Shown piece after piece: positions 17,658 through 26,738 of a stretch of DNA of 34,901 nt. Every line of letters starts with the position of its first letter. The stretch's first letter is position 1. The stretch lies in the NCBI GenBank assembly GCA_007693605.1, contig REDG01000063.1, forward strand, positions 1 through 34,901, given 5' to 3'. Both the position numbers and the translations under genes were made by a program. The stretch comes from Bradymonadales bacterium (GTDB lineage: Bacteria; Bdellovibrionota; UBA2394). The notes beneath the pieces are model-generated. The model was not told the origin of the DNA. It worked only from the letters and a program-made list of their open reading frames with translations, and made no database searches.

Positions 17658-19247
17658 CTAGATTGGAGGCGTAATGCCCGAAGTTCCAATCTGCGCCACA
17701 TTATCCTGACAGCTCCTGATCCGAGCCCCGCGCCTATCCACGATCTGAGCCAGGCTCCTTGTCGGACCCAGTCCAAAGGGCCACTTCTGATAGCTCAACA
17801 AAAAAATCTCTTCGAGAAAGTGACCATTCCTATTTTTAAACTCATCCCCGACGACGCGCTCCCAAAGAAGCCAAAGGTCACTGAAGTTCTTCACAAAAAG
17901 TCTGGCGCTAGAATTCGAGATCGTCCGAAACTCTCGCTCTCGCTGATTTGAAGTCTCTTCTGTGACAGGAAGCTCTGTTCTTAAAATCTCAAAACAGCGC
18001 TGAACAAGCTGTTCCATCTTTTGGTCATCCCATTCTTCCATATCCCTAGCAGACTCCAAGAGCTGAGCGAGTCGCTCAACAATCACATCAGACAATTCCA
18101 CCGCCGCCTCTGAAACAAAGCGCTCCCTCTCATTCTCTTGTAAGAGCCATTTCATTTCATATAAATCATCAAGAAGCTCGGCCGGCGAAGTCGGAACCGG
18201 ATTGCTTAAGACCACCGCCAATCTAAAACGAAGATTCCAGAAATCCTTCAGCCGTCTGTCTCCCCAAACCAGCTTCGAGAGCTTCTGGGCTCTCTTTGGG
18301 TAGAAGTTCCCTAAAAACTTGAGCCGACTTTGCAGCAGTCGATCTTCCCACTCCTGTCTGAACTCGTTCACTTTTTCTTCAGACCAATACCCACGATCAG
18401 GAGCGAGCTGTTCGATACGACCAAGCAGAGTCTGAATGTCTAAGGAACTCATTCGAAACTGAATCCACAGCTCATAGGCATCGAGAAGCGCCCACGACAA
18501 GGACCGCTCCAGTTCCCTGCTGCTAACCACAAGAGTTCGAAAACCTACCAGTTCATAAAAACTGACTCGAGACCAATTCTCTCTCAGCCAAGCTCGAAAG
18601 AACTCTGAATGTAGGGACTCAATCTTTGATCTCTCCAGGTCAATCTCTCTGTCTCTTGCCTCTAGCCAAGGAATCAATTGCTCGTTTGTCGGCCAATCAA
18701 ATCCTTTGCTAAGTTGATAAAGCCTCAAAAAATTCATCTTAAAGTCGTTAGAACTCATGCCCTGCAGAAGGTCAGGAGAATGGCTCACAAACTCAAGACT
18801 AAGAATCGCAAACAGCCTAACCCAGTCTGACAGGTGTAAATTCTGAGCTTCTGAGCGGCGAAGCTCCTCTTCATAGAAGCTAATCAGCTTCCCATAATAG
18901 AAGTCCCCTGAGGCTTCGAGCTCCAAGACCTTCTCCCCCAACTCAAAGATTTCTCCAGGTCTAACAAGTCTTCCGTGCCTATCAAGCTCAAGAACGAAAT
19001 CTAAAGTGCTCGCAAGCTGCTCGGCCCCTCTCTCTCGAATCTTCTGAACGGACTCACTGAGTTCTGGTTTTAATTGAAAATCCGAAAGGCTTAGGCTCTC
19101 TTCTATGTCCGAAGCCTGAGAGCCCGACACAGTCAGGCACAGGCCAAACAAAAGCCAAAGGCCTAAGGCAATCCGACGGAAACTGGTGCCAGAAACTTGG
19201 CCAGTCTTTGAATCTCTAGAGCTAAGCACTGCCCCTTCCCCTATCAT
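17658..19247 (-). CDS. Hypothetical exported, mostly alpha-helical protein
   Basis: 529-aa ORF with no long competing ORFs and a signal-like RRIALGLWLLFGLCLTVSGSQA. No family recognised; start uncertain. Confidence 0.7.
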   Translation of the reverse strand: MIGEGAVLSSRDSKTGQVSGTSFRRIALGLWLLFGLCLTVSGSQASDIEESLSLSDFQLKPELSESVQKIRERGAEQLASTLDFVLELDRHGRLVRPGEIFELGEKVLELEASGDFYYGKLISFYEEELRRSEAQNLHLSDWVRLFAILSLEFVSHSPDLLQGMSSNDFKMNFLRLYQLSKGFDWPTNEQLIPWLEARDREIDLERSKIESLHSEFFRAWLRENWSRVSFYELVGFRTLVVSSRELERSLSWALLDAYELWIQFRMSSLDIQTLLGRIEQLAPDRGYWSEEKVNEFRQEWEDRLLQSRLKFLGNFYPKRAQKLSKLVWGDRRLKDFWNLRFRLAVVLSNPVPTSPAELLDDLYEMKWLLQENERERFVSEAAVELSDVIVERLAQLLESARDMEEWDDQKMEQLVQRCFEILRTELPVTEETSNQREREFRTISNSSARLFVKNFSDLWLLWERVVGDEFKNRNGHFLEEIFLLSYQKWPFGLGPTRSLAQIVDRRGARIRSCQDNVAQIGTSGITPPI

Positions 19248-19277
19248 AGGCTGCTAGATCCATCTAGAGCCTTTTCT

Positions 19278-19398
19278 GGGGGCTGCTGCTAAGGGCCTAT
19301 ACTCTTTGTCGGCTTCGTCGCTCCGCTGCTCACTTCCTAGCCTCCGCGCGCCTAAACCCTTATCGCCAGCCCCCCAAGAAGTGACACTAAAGGCCCAT
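19278..19398 (-). repeat. Intergenic repeat family, degenerate copy lacking the apical hairpin (copy C)
   Basis: Reverse complement ATGGGCCTTTAGTG...GGGGCTGGCGATAAGGG...GTGAGCA/GCGGAGCGACGAAGCC...GGCCCTTAGCAGCAGCCCCC aligns to copy D with an internal deletion of about 30 bp. Confidence 0.75.
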
Positions 19399-19417
19399 TC
19401 CTGGATAGCCGAGAAGC

Positions 19418-21103
19418 CTAGCGAATGAGCTGAAAGGACCCGTCTCTGACGACCATGAAGCGGGGCTGACGACGAATCTCGTTTTCAACGCTGTAGAGAT
19501 CCCCTGTCAGGCCCTCGAAAGCCCTTAGCCTCCGGATAGACTGGGTCATCGCCTCTCGATCGAGAGCACCCCTTCCCTCCTGCAACATCTGGTCGGCGAG
19601 CATCAGGGCGACATCAAAGGCCTCTGCTGCCAGGCGACTAGGCTCTCGGTTGGTCTTCCGTCGAAAGCTCTCCACAAAAAAACGAGTCGGCACCGTTCTC
19701 TCAGAGGCCACAAAGCTTTCCGTAAAAATCACGCCTTCCGCGTGGTTCTGGCCCCTCTCGATCAATCGCGAGTCGTGCAAGCTCGACAAACCAACTACTT
19801 GCAATCCATAAACCCTCAAGAAGGGGAGTGTTGGCATCAAAAGTCCCACCGTATCGGCCTGGTCTGGCACAAACAAAACCTCGAAATTGTAAATCGGAGG
19901 AAGTTCATCCAGACTACGAACGCAATTGGGTCGAGGGTCTTCTTCTCGACAAAGTTCATGCGACCTCGCCCGTGGAAGATCGAGACGAAGCATCTTTTGC
20001 AGGGGCTCTTTAAAGTCCGTTGCGCCTTCGGGGTAAATCCCCACCTCTGTCACTTGAAGGCCAAATTTGGGAAACTCCTCTTGGGCAATCTTTGCGGCAT
20101 CCCAACCATAAGAAGAATCAGGAAACAAAACTCCTATTCGACTCACTCTCAATTGCCGGCGCAAAAATGCGCCCAGGCTTCGTATCTGATCTGTCAGAGT
20201 TAAGGTGGATCTGAAATTATAGTTTCCGAAAAAGTTCAAATCCTCGCGAGGAGCCAAGGAAATTGTCGGCACCCGCATGATTTGAGATCTTTCGAAAACA
20301 TACTCGCTAGCCCGATTGCTCAGTGGGCCGATCAATGCCGTTACCGATTCGTCTAGAACTAAGCGCTGAAAAGCCTCTAACAACTGGGCATCCGAAGCCC
20401 CCGTATCATGAACGACAAACTCAACTCCTCGCGTGTAATCCAACTCGCTGACAATCTGAATGGCCGTAAAAACTTCTTCTCCAAAGCTCGCCAAATCTCC
20501 CGAAAGGGGCAGAAGCACTCCAATTTTTCTTGAAGCCCTCAACTCACCCACCTGCCGCATGTCCAAAAGCTCTCGCGCCCGCTCTGCCAGATCGGTGACT
20601 CCGTCCGGCTCAACAAACTCCAGCCAACGCATGCCGTCTTGCACCGCTCCCGTTCGCAGCCCCGTCAAATAAAGTTGATAGTAGGCCACATTTCGGCCCA
20701 AACGAGTTTCGGCCCGAGACACAATCCTCTCAAGGGATCGACGCGAAAGCGGTGGATTCTGTACAAAGTTTGTCAGGTCTTGAGAGAACTCAGTCCCCAA
20801 GCCAGAAGTCATGCGACCGTTGTCTTGCAAAAGCTTCGCCCACTGATCGAGCCACAAGAAGCGCTGAATTCTTTCGTCTTCTCTCTCCGTTGGATTTTGC
20901 CGAATATACAGGAGCCCCTGTCTCAAAGACTCCAATGGACTGTCAGATTGGGGTCGCTCCGGAACACCGGCCGCAGGCCGATCCATACCGGGCCGAACGC
21001 AAGCCCCGACGATCAAAATGCCAAAGAGTAATGCAAAACTAAGAAGATTCGTCGCCCTGCGCGGTCTGACCGTAAAGCTTCTCAGCCATCTCGTGAGCGG
21101 CAT
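19418..21103 (-). CDS. LpoA/LppC-like lipoprotein (penicillin-binding protein activator / type 1 periplasmic-binding fold)
   Basis: Lipobox [33 protein letters not shown] and FEGLTG motifs. Start uncertain because it overlaps the dnaK 3' end. Confidence 0.75.
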   Translation of the reverse strand: MPLTRWLRSFTVRPRRATNLLSFALLFGILIVGACVRPGMDRPAAGVPERPQSDSPLESLRQGLLYIRQNPTEREDERIQRFLWLDQWAKLLQDNGRMTSGLGTEFSQDLTNFVQNPPLSRRSLERIVSRAETRLGRNVAYYQLYLTGLRTGAVQDGMRWLEFVEPDGVTDLAERARELLDMRQVGELRASRKIGVLLPLSGDLASFGEEVFTAIQIVSELDYTRGVEFVVHDTGASDAQLLEAFQRLVLDESVTALIGPLSNRASEYVFERSQIMRVPTISLAPREDLNFFGNYNFRSTLTLTDQIRSLGAFLRRQLRVSRIGVLFPDSSYGWDAAKIAQEEFPKFGLQVTEVGIYPEGATDFKEPLQKMLRLDLPRARSHELCREEDPRPNCVRSLDELPPIYNFEVLFVPDQADTVGLLMPTLPFLRVYGLQVVGLSSLHDSRLIERGQNHAEGVIFTESFVASERTVPTRFFVESFRRKTNREPSRLAAEAFDVALMLADQMLQEGRGALDREAMTQSIRRLRAFEGLTGDLYSVENEIRRQPRFMVVRDGSFQLIR

Positions 21104-22865
21104 CGTTAAGTTCAGACTTAGCCGACTCCAACTCTGAGACTTCTGTTGAATCCAGGGCTTTTTTCGCTTTTGCCACCGCATGAGAAACCAACTCTACAAG
21201 CTCAGAAGTTAGCTCGTTTTGAAACTCATTGATAGACTTTTCTGAGGTAAAGATGAGGCTCTCTAGCTCATTTCTAAGCTCTAAAAGCTGCTTCGCGATC
21301 GCATCGTCTGAAGCATATTTTTCAGCCTCTTGAATGATGGACTGAATCTGACTTTCGGTCAAACCGCTCGAGCTTGTGACCTTGATGGCCTGCTCTCTTT
21401 TGGTACCCAAGTCGGCCGCCTTCACATGAACGATCCCATTCGAGTCGATAGAAAAGGTCACTTCGATCTGAGGAACTCCCCGAGGTGCAGGCGGAATATC
21501 CGTCAGCTCAAACCTGGCCAAGCTCTGGTTGTGATCCGCCAAATCTCTCTCGCCTTGCAAAACATGAACACTCACAAAACTCTGATTCTCTTGAGCGGTC
21601 GTGAACACCTTCGACTTCTTCGTGGGAATGGTGGTGTTTCTGTCGATAATGCGAGTGAAAACTCCTCCAGCCGTTTCGACTCCTAAAGAAAGAGGGGTGA
21701 CATCCAAAAGCACAACATCAGACACCTCCCCAGACAAGATTCCACCCTGCACGCTGGCACCAATGGCCACGACCTCGTCAGGGTTCAATGAAACATCTCC
21801 GGCCTTCCCAAAAATTTGTTTCACCTTTTCCTGAACGGCAGGCATCCGGGTCATTCCACCCACCATCAAAACCTTTGAGAGTTGATCTGCCGAAACTCCG
21901 GCATCTGCTAAGGCTTGCTCACAAGGTTGGGCCAAGCGATCTACGAGATCGCGACAGATTTCATTAAGTTGAGAGCGGCTCATTTTCACTTTTAAGTGCT
22001 TGGGAGCCCCCTCCTTCGAAGTGATAAACGGAAGCTCAATCTGGGTTTGATCTGAAGATGAGAGTTCGTGCTTTGCTTTCTCGGCAGCCTCTTTTACTCG
22101 CTGCAAAGCCAGGGGGTCTTTCTTAAGGTCAATGCCCTCTTGCTTGTTAAACTCGTCGATCAAGAAATTCATGATGCGAAGGTCAAAGTCTTCTCCTCCC
22201 AAAAAAGTGTCGCCATTGGTGGACTTCACTTCGTAAACGCCCTCGCTCAACTCTAAAATGGAAATATCGAAAGTTCCTCCGCCCAAATCGAAGACGGCCA
22301 GCTTCTCAACCCCCGCCGCCTCGCGCCCGTAGGCGAGAGCCGCGGCCGTGGGCTCGTTAATGATTCGCTTCACATCAAGGCCCGCGATTTTTCCGGCATC
22401 CTTCGTCGCCTGTCTTTGTGCGTCGTTAAAGTAGGCGGGCACTGTGATCACCGCCTCTGAGACTTCTTGCCCCAAATACTCCTCGGCAACTTCCTTCATT
22501 TTTCGCAGAACAAAAGACGAAATTTCACTCGGAGCGAAGCTCTTGTCTTCTACTTTGACCCAAGCATCTCCGTTATCTGCCGCGACAATCTCGTAAGGAC
22601 TGACCTCTTTGGCTTTCTGGACGGCTTCTTCTTCGAACTTTCGTCCGATCAGTCGCTTGACGGCAAAAACGGTTCTTCGATGATTGGTCACCGCCTGTCG
22701 TTTTGCAATTTGTCCGACCAGCCGTTCTCCTGACTTCGTAAAGGCCACCATAGAAGGCGTCGTTCTCGAACCTTCTGAATTTGGAATCACAACAGGGTTG
22801 CCCGCCTCCATCACCGACACGCAGGAGTTCGTCGTCCCTAAATCAATTCCAATGGTCACGCCCAC
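21039..22865 (-). CDS. dnaK: Molecular chaperone DnaK (Hsp70)
   Basis: [43 protein letters not shown], linker DVVLLDV. GTG start. Confidence 0.97.
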   Translation of the reverse strand: MGVTIGIDLGTTNSCVSVMEAGNPVVIPNSEGSRTTPSMVAFTKSGERLVGQIAKRQAVTNHRRTVFAVKRLIGRKFEEEAVQKAKEVSPYEIVAADNGDAWVKVEDKSFAPSEISSFVLRKMKEVAEEYLGQEVSEAVITVPAYFNDAQRQATKDAGKIAGLDVKRIINEPTAAALAYGREAAGVEKLAVFDLGGGTFDISILELSEGVYEVKSTNGDTFLGGEDFDLRIMNFLIDEFNKQEGIDLKKDPLALQRVKEAAEKAKHELSSSDQTQIELPFITSKEGAPKHLKVKMSRSQLNEICRDLVDRLAQPCEQALADAGVSADQLSKVLMVGGMTRMPAVQEKVKQIFGKAGDVSLNPDEVVAIGASVQGGILSGEVSDVVLLDVTPLSLGVETAGGVFTRIIDRNTTIPTKKSKVFTTAQENQSFVSVHVLQGERDLADHNQSLARFELTDIPPAPRGVPQIEVTFSIDSNGIVHVKAADLGTKREQAIKVTSSSGLTESQIQSIIQEAEKYASDDAIAKQLLELRNELESLIFTSEKSINEFQNELTSELVELVSHAVAKAKKALDSTEVSELESAKSELNDAAHEMAEKLYGQTAQGDESS

Positions 22866-22870
22866 TTCAT

Positions 22871-23467
22871 TCAGTCCTTCTCGTCCGATGACGCCTTGAC
22901 CACGACCACACTTGCCGGTCGCAATAATCGATCCTTCCAGCGATAGCCTCTTTTCACTTCCTCAATAATCTGCCCTTCCTTCTTAGAGGAATCGACCACC
23001 TGAGCAACCGCCTCATGCAGGTTCGGGTCAAAGACCTCTCCAACCGCCGGAACTTTCTCCAGACCCTCCGTCTGCAACCAAGTCTCCGCTTGCGAGAGAA
23101 CCATCTGCATACCCGTTGCAAGAGGGCTAGAGTCGTCTTTGGCCTGGGCCAAACCGATGGCGAGATGATCAATCAAGTCCAAAGCGCCCCTTAAAGCCTT
23201 TTCTTTGCCCAAGCGTTCCCATTCGGATCTCTCCTTCAACGCCCGCTTACGAAAATTATCGAAGTCAGCGGCCAGCCTCATATAGGCCTCTTTCGGCACA
23301 AACTGCTGCAAGTCGATCTTGGCGACCTCTTTGTTGTCTGTCTTTTGATTAGAAGCCGACTGAATGGCGCCAACCTCTTCCCTTTCATCAAGGTTTTCAA
23401 GGGCCTCTTGAATCAAATGGTCGGCAAGCTCCGAGGAGCGATCTTTCGGGTCTTTCGAATCAGGCAT
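22871..23467 (-). CDS. grpE: Nucleotide exchange factor GrpE
   Basis: [23 protein letters not shown]...RLLRPA.VVV. GGAGGAG RBS favours ATG 23467 over 23479. Confidence 0.95.
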   Translation of the reverse strand: MPDSKDPKDRSSELADHLIQEALENLDEREEVGAIQSASNQKTDNKEVAKIDLQQFVPKEAYMRLAADFDNFRKRALKERSEWERLGKEKALRGALDLIDHLAIGLAQAKDDSSPLATGMQMVLSQAETWLQTEGLEKVPAVGEVFDPNLHEAVAQVVDSSKKEGQIIEEVKRGYRWKDRLLRPASVVVVKASSDEKD

Positions 23468-23559
23468 ACTCTCCTCCATTGTACGGCCTCAGAGGAGCTA
23501 GAATCCAACAAAAAGATCCTTAGCGACACTCCCGAATTGAGAGTTTGGTGACAATCCCC

Positions 23560-24696
23560 TTAGACGCTCCGCACCAGACGCCCCACAACCGCGTCGATCA
23601 AAATCCATCGCCCTTCGGTCATGCGAATCTCATCGTCTCGACGCTCAATGAGTTGCTCCCGCTCCATCTCTTGGAGCAAGGCTTGGGGCCAGGCCGCATC
23701 AACTTTCAACCAAGATCTGGTTCTAAAGTTCAAATACAAGCTCTCTAGTTTTTGCTGCTCTTCATCGAGATTTTCTCTCTCGTCCACACCATCCTCAGAA
23801 GAAAGCCAGTCTGAAATGGAGCGGCAATTCCAAGATCGCACGGGACGATCATTTTCTCGCCAATAAGCATGGGCCCCCGGGCCGAGAGCGAGATAAGAGG
23901 ATGAAGGATCCCAATAGTTTTTGTTGTGCAGACTCTCTCGCCCAGGCTTGGCGAAATTAGAAACCTCATAATGTAAAAATCCGGCTTCTGAGGTTCGAGC
24001 ACACAGATGCTGATACATTTCTTCTACCAGGGTTTCACTTGCCCAGCGCTTCTGCAAAAACTTTGATTTGAGCCAAGGGTGACCCGGCTGGAGGGTCAAA
24101 AGATAAACAGACAGATGATCTGGATCGAATTGAAGTGCCATTTCAAGGTCGTCAGAAAAATCTTTGAGCCCCTGATCGGGCAAGCCAAACATGAGATCGA
24201 TATTGAGCTGTAGGCCCAAGTCCTTCACTTTTGAGAGCCCGGACTCGATATGCGAGCAAGTGGCAAGTCGTTCGAGCCTTTTCAAAATGTTCGCACGAAA
24301 GCTTTGAACGCCCAAACTCACCCGACTCCCTCCCAGATTTTTGAAGCTTTGCAGAAAGTCTTGGTTCAAAGACTCAGGATTTGCCTCGACAGTCCACTCC
24401 TCTAGATTCTCAAGGTCATAAAAGGTCTGTAACTTTTTGGACAGATCATGAAGCTCCGTCGGCCTTAACAGAGAGGGAGTGCCCCCTCCCAGATACAGAG
24501 TACGCAAGGGCGCTTTGGAAGACTCTGGCAGCCATTTTTTCAAATGAGCTTCGAACTTCTCTATCCATCGAGCATTGAAGTCGGGGTGGTTCTTGGAACG
24601 GTAGACATTAAAGTCACAATATGAACAGACATGCTGACATAAGGGGTAGTGCAGGTAGAGGGATTCAGGTATAGAAGTGGCGTGAAGAAGACCCAT
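23560..24696 (-). CDS. hemW: Radical SAM heme chaperone HemW (HemN-like)
   Basis: LYLHYPLCQHVCSYCDF (CxxxCxxC), GGGTPS, EANP, RVSLGVQSF, YEVSNFA, HNKNYW. Upstream of grpE-dnaK. Confidence 0.9.
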   Translation of the reverse strand: MGLLHATSIPESLYLHYPLCQHVCSYCDFNVYRSKNHPDFNARWIEKFEAHLKKWLPESSKAPLRTLYLGGGTPSLLRPTELHDLSKKLQTFYDLENLEEWTVEANPESLNQDFLQSFKNLGGSRVSLGVQSFRANILKRLERLATCSHIESGLSKVKDLGLQLNIDLMFGLPDQGLKDFSDDLEMALQFDPDHLSVYLLTLQPGHPWLKSKFLQKRWASETLVEEMYQHLCARTSEAGFLHYEVSNFAKPGRESLHNKNYWDPSSSYLALGPGAHAYWRENDRPVRSWNCRSISDWLSSEDGVDERENLDEEQQKLESLYLNFRTRSWLKVDAAWPQALLQEMEREQLIERRDDEIRMTEGRWILIDAVVGRLVRSV

Positions 24697-25287
24697 GTTA
24701 AAGACTTTTATTTCTACAAAGCAAAGCGAGAAAAGTACTCTGCCCGAAGCGTTTATAAGCTCAAGAACATTCAAGAGAAATACAAGCTCATTTCAAGAGG
24801 AAATCGAGTGCTTGACCTGGGGGCCTCGCCAGGCAGCTGGACGGAGTATTTGGTCGAACTTATTGGAAAGACAGGTCTTTTGGTAGCCCTGGATGAGAGA
24901 GACCTCTCAATCACAGCGAAAGCGAAGATCAAAAAGAGGGGCTGTGATTTTTTGTTTTTTCAGCAGTCGATCTTTGAGCCCCTGCCCAAGAAATTGGCGG
25001 CGCTGCAGTTTGACTGCGTTGTCAGCGACTTAGCGCCTCTCACTTCAGGCCCAAAACTTGTCGATTCGGCTAGATCGCTTGAGTTGGTGAATCGGGCCTT
25101 CGATATTGCTCAGGCCCAGCTCAAAGTAGGCGGTCATTTCGTGGTGAAGCTCTTTCAGTCGCCAGACAGCGTAGAAACCGCCAAATCCTGGGAAAAGGCC
25201 TTCAAATTGGCGAAACTTTACAAGCCCCCCTCCACCCACAAAGAATCTAAGGAGATCTACTTTGTCGGACGCCACCTTCTGCCTTAA
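24682..25287 (+). CDS. rlmE: 23S rRNA (uridine-2552-2'-O)-methyltransferase RlmE/FtsJ
   Basis: ARSVYKL, LDLGASPGSW, VSDLAP, FVVKLF, SKEIY (K-D-K-E tetrad). GTG at 24682 is the likely start. Confidence 0.93.
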   Translation: MKKTHVKDFYFYKAKREKYSARSVYKLKNIQEKYKLISRGNRVLDLGASPGSWTEYLVELIGKTGLLVALDERDLSITAKAKIKKRGCDFLFFQQSIFEPLPKKLAALQFDCVVSDLAPLTSGPKLVDSARSLELVNRAFDIAQAQLKVGGHFVVKLFQSPDSVETAKSWEKAFKLAKLYKPPSTHKESKEIYFVGRHLLP

Positions 25288-25296
25288 AGTGGGGCC

Positions 25297-26022
25297 ATGA
25301 AATTGCCGTCATATCTCTTAATCGCTCTCGCGCTCTTTTTAAGCTTCGGTTGCGCTACAACCACAAAGCGACTGGATACAGCCGATGGCACTCTAGAAGA
25401 AGCCGATCGCCTGATGGAAGCTCGCTTTTTTGAGGAAGCCAGAACCCAACTCTTTCGAATCAAAACGGAGTTTCAAGAGAGCGCCTTGTTGGTCGAGGCA
25501 GACTTAAGAATTGCAGACAGTTATTTTCGCCAAAGCTCATGGAAAGCAGCCGCCTCTGCCTATGAGGATTTTATTCGAACCTATCCGGGCCGACCCGAGA
25601 TCCCCTTTGCGATCTATCGACTTGGCTTGTCTCATGTTCGGCAAATGCCCTCTAACCCCCAAAGAGATTCACGAAGTGCCGAAAGAGTTTTGGATGTTTT
25701 TAGCCGGCTCTTGGTGGAATTCCCTGACAGCCCCTACGCTGAAGAAGCGATTCCTCATATTCAGCGAGCTCAAAACCAGCTCGCCGAAAAGGGGTTTTCG
25801 ATTGCACGATTCTACGAGCGACAGGGGAATTTTGCTGCAGCCGCCACTCGCTACCAAGAGGTTTTCGAGATCTTCCCAGACCATCCAAGGGGAGAGGAAG
25901 CGCTGGCAAGACGCGTCCGCAGCCTTCGACGCGCTGGAGAGACTGAAGAGGCGGAAAGAGCCAGGAAAATGTTTCGAGAAACATTTCCTGCATCTCAATT
26001 CCAGTCTATGATACAGCCATGA
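25297..26022 (+). CDS. bamD: Outer membrane protein assembly factor BamD
   Basis: Lipobox LSFG-C, TPR helices, F...YP, RD...A, FPDSPY and IARFY...AA..RY motifs. Confidence 0.85.
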   Translation: MKLPSYLLIALALFLSFGCATTTKRLDTADGTLEEADRLMEARFFEEARTQLFRIKTEFQESALLVEADLRIADSYFRQSSWKAAASAYEDFIRTYPGRPEIPFAIYRLGLSHVRQMPSNPQRDSRSAERVLDVFSRLLVEFPDSPYAEEAIPHIQRAQNQLAEKGFSIARFYERQGNFAAAATRYQEVFEIFPDHPRGEEALARRVRSLRRAGETEEAERARKMFRETFPASQFQSMIQP

Positions 26023-26726
26023 AAGCGGTTAAGAAAGCTCCCTCAGAATATCAAGGCCAGATCCAAATCGGAAAAGACTTTATTCGAGCCGGTGAATACA
26101 AAAAGGCAGAGAAGATCTTTCTTGAGATTCTCAAGGAGCACAAACTGGCCGATGTATACAACCATCTGGGCCTCACCTACGCAGAGTCTGGAGATTTTAA
26201 GGCCGCTGAGTTTAGTTTTCAGAAGGCTTTAAAGATCAACCCCAATTATATGGAGGCCGCCCTCAACCTATCGGTCTTGTATAACAACTTAGGATTCCAA
26301 AAGAAGTCGAAAGAGATTTACGCAAAGCTTAAAGCCTACGGCAAAGCAGGCCGTGGGGCGATGGACCCGCTTTTGATGTCGAAGATTGCTAATCTCTATG
26401 CTGAAATCGGAAATCTTTACTCGGGAGTAGGGGAGTACAAGGCGGCAGTCGGGGCCTACGAGTCTGCCGTGGATCTCTGCCCGGACTACTTGGATGTTCA
26501 AACGAAGTTGGCGACTTCACTTCGTGAGCTTGGAAAGAAAGACAAGGCTCTAGAGGTTTTCAGAAAGTTAAAACGAAAGGCTTCTAACTACGCGCCCTTC
26601 TGGGTCTCTCTGGGGGTCACTCATTACGCTCTCAATCAACCCAAAGAAGCAAAAAAGGCCTGGTCGAAAGCTCTGAAGATCGAACCCTCAAATCCCTCTG
26701 CCAAAGCCTATTTGAAATTGGTCTAA
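26019..26726 (+). CDS. Tetratricopeptide repeat protein
   Basis: Repeated TPR patterns (YNHLG...ALKINPNY; SAVDLCPDY; ALKIEPSN). ATGA-coupled to bamD. Confidence 0.88.
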   Translation: MKAVKKAPSEYQGQIQIGKDFIRAGEYKKAEKIFLEILKEHKLADVYNHLGLTYAESGDFKAAEFSFQKALKINPNYMEAALNLSVLYNNLGFQKKSKEIYAKLKAYGKAGRGAMDPLLMSKIANLYAEIGNLYSGVGEYKAAVGAYESAVDLCPDYLDVQTKLATSLRELGKKDKALEVFRKLKRKASNYAPFWVSLGVTHYALNQPKEAKKAWSKALKIEPSNPSAKAYLKLV

Positions 26727-26738
26727 CGCCCGAAAGCA

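Noticed and set aside
25511..26011. 166-aa alternative-frame ORF in bamD and other 60-150-aa shadow ORFs inside conserved genes
   Set aside because: They have no recognisable motifs and are fully nested in well-supported genes, as expected by chance.
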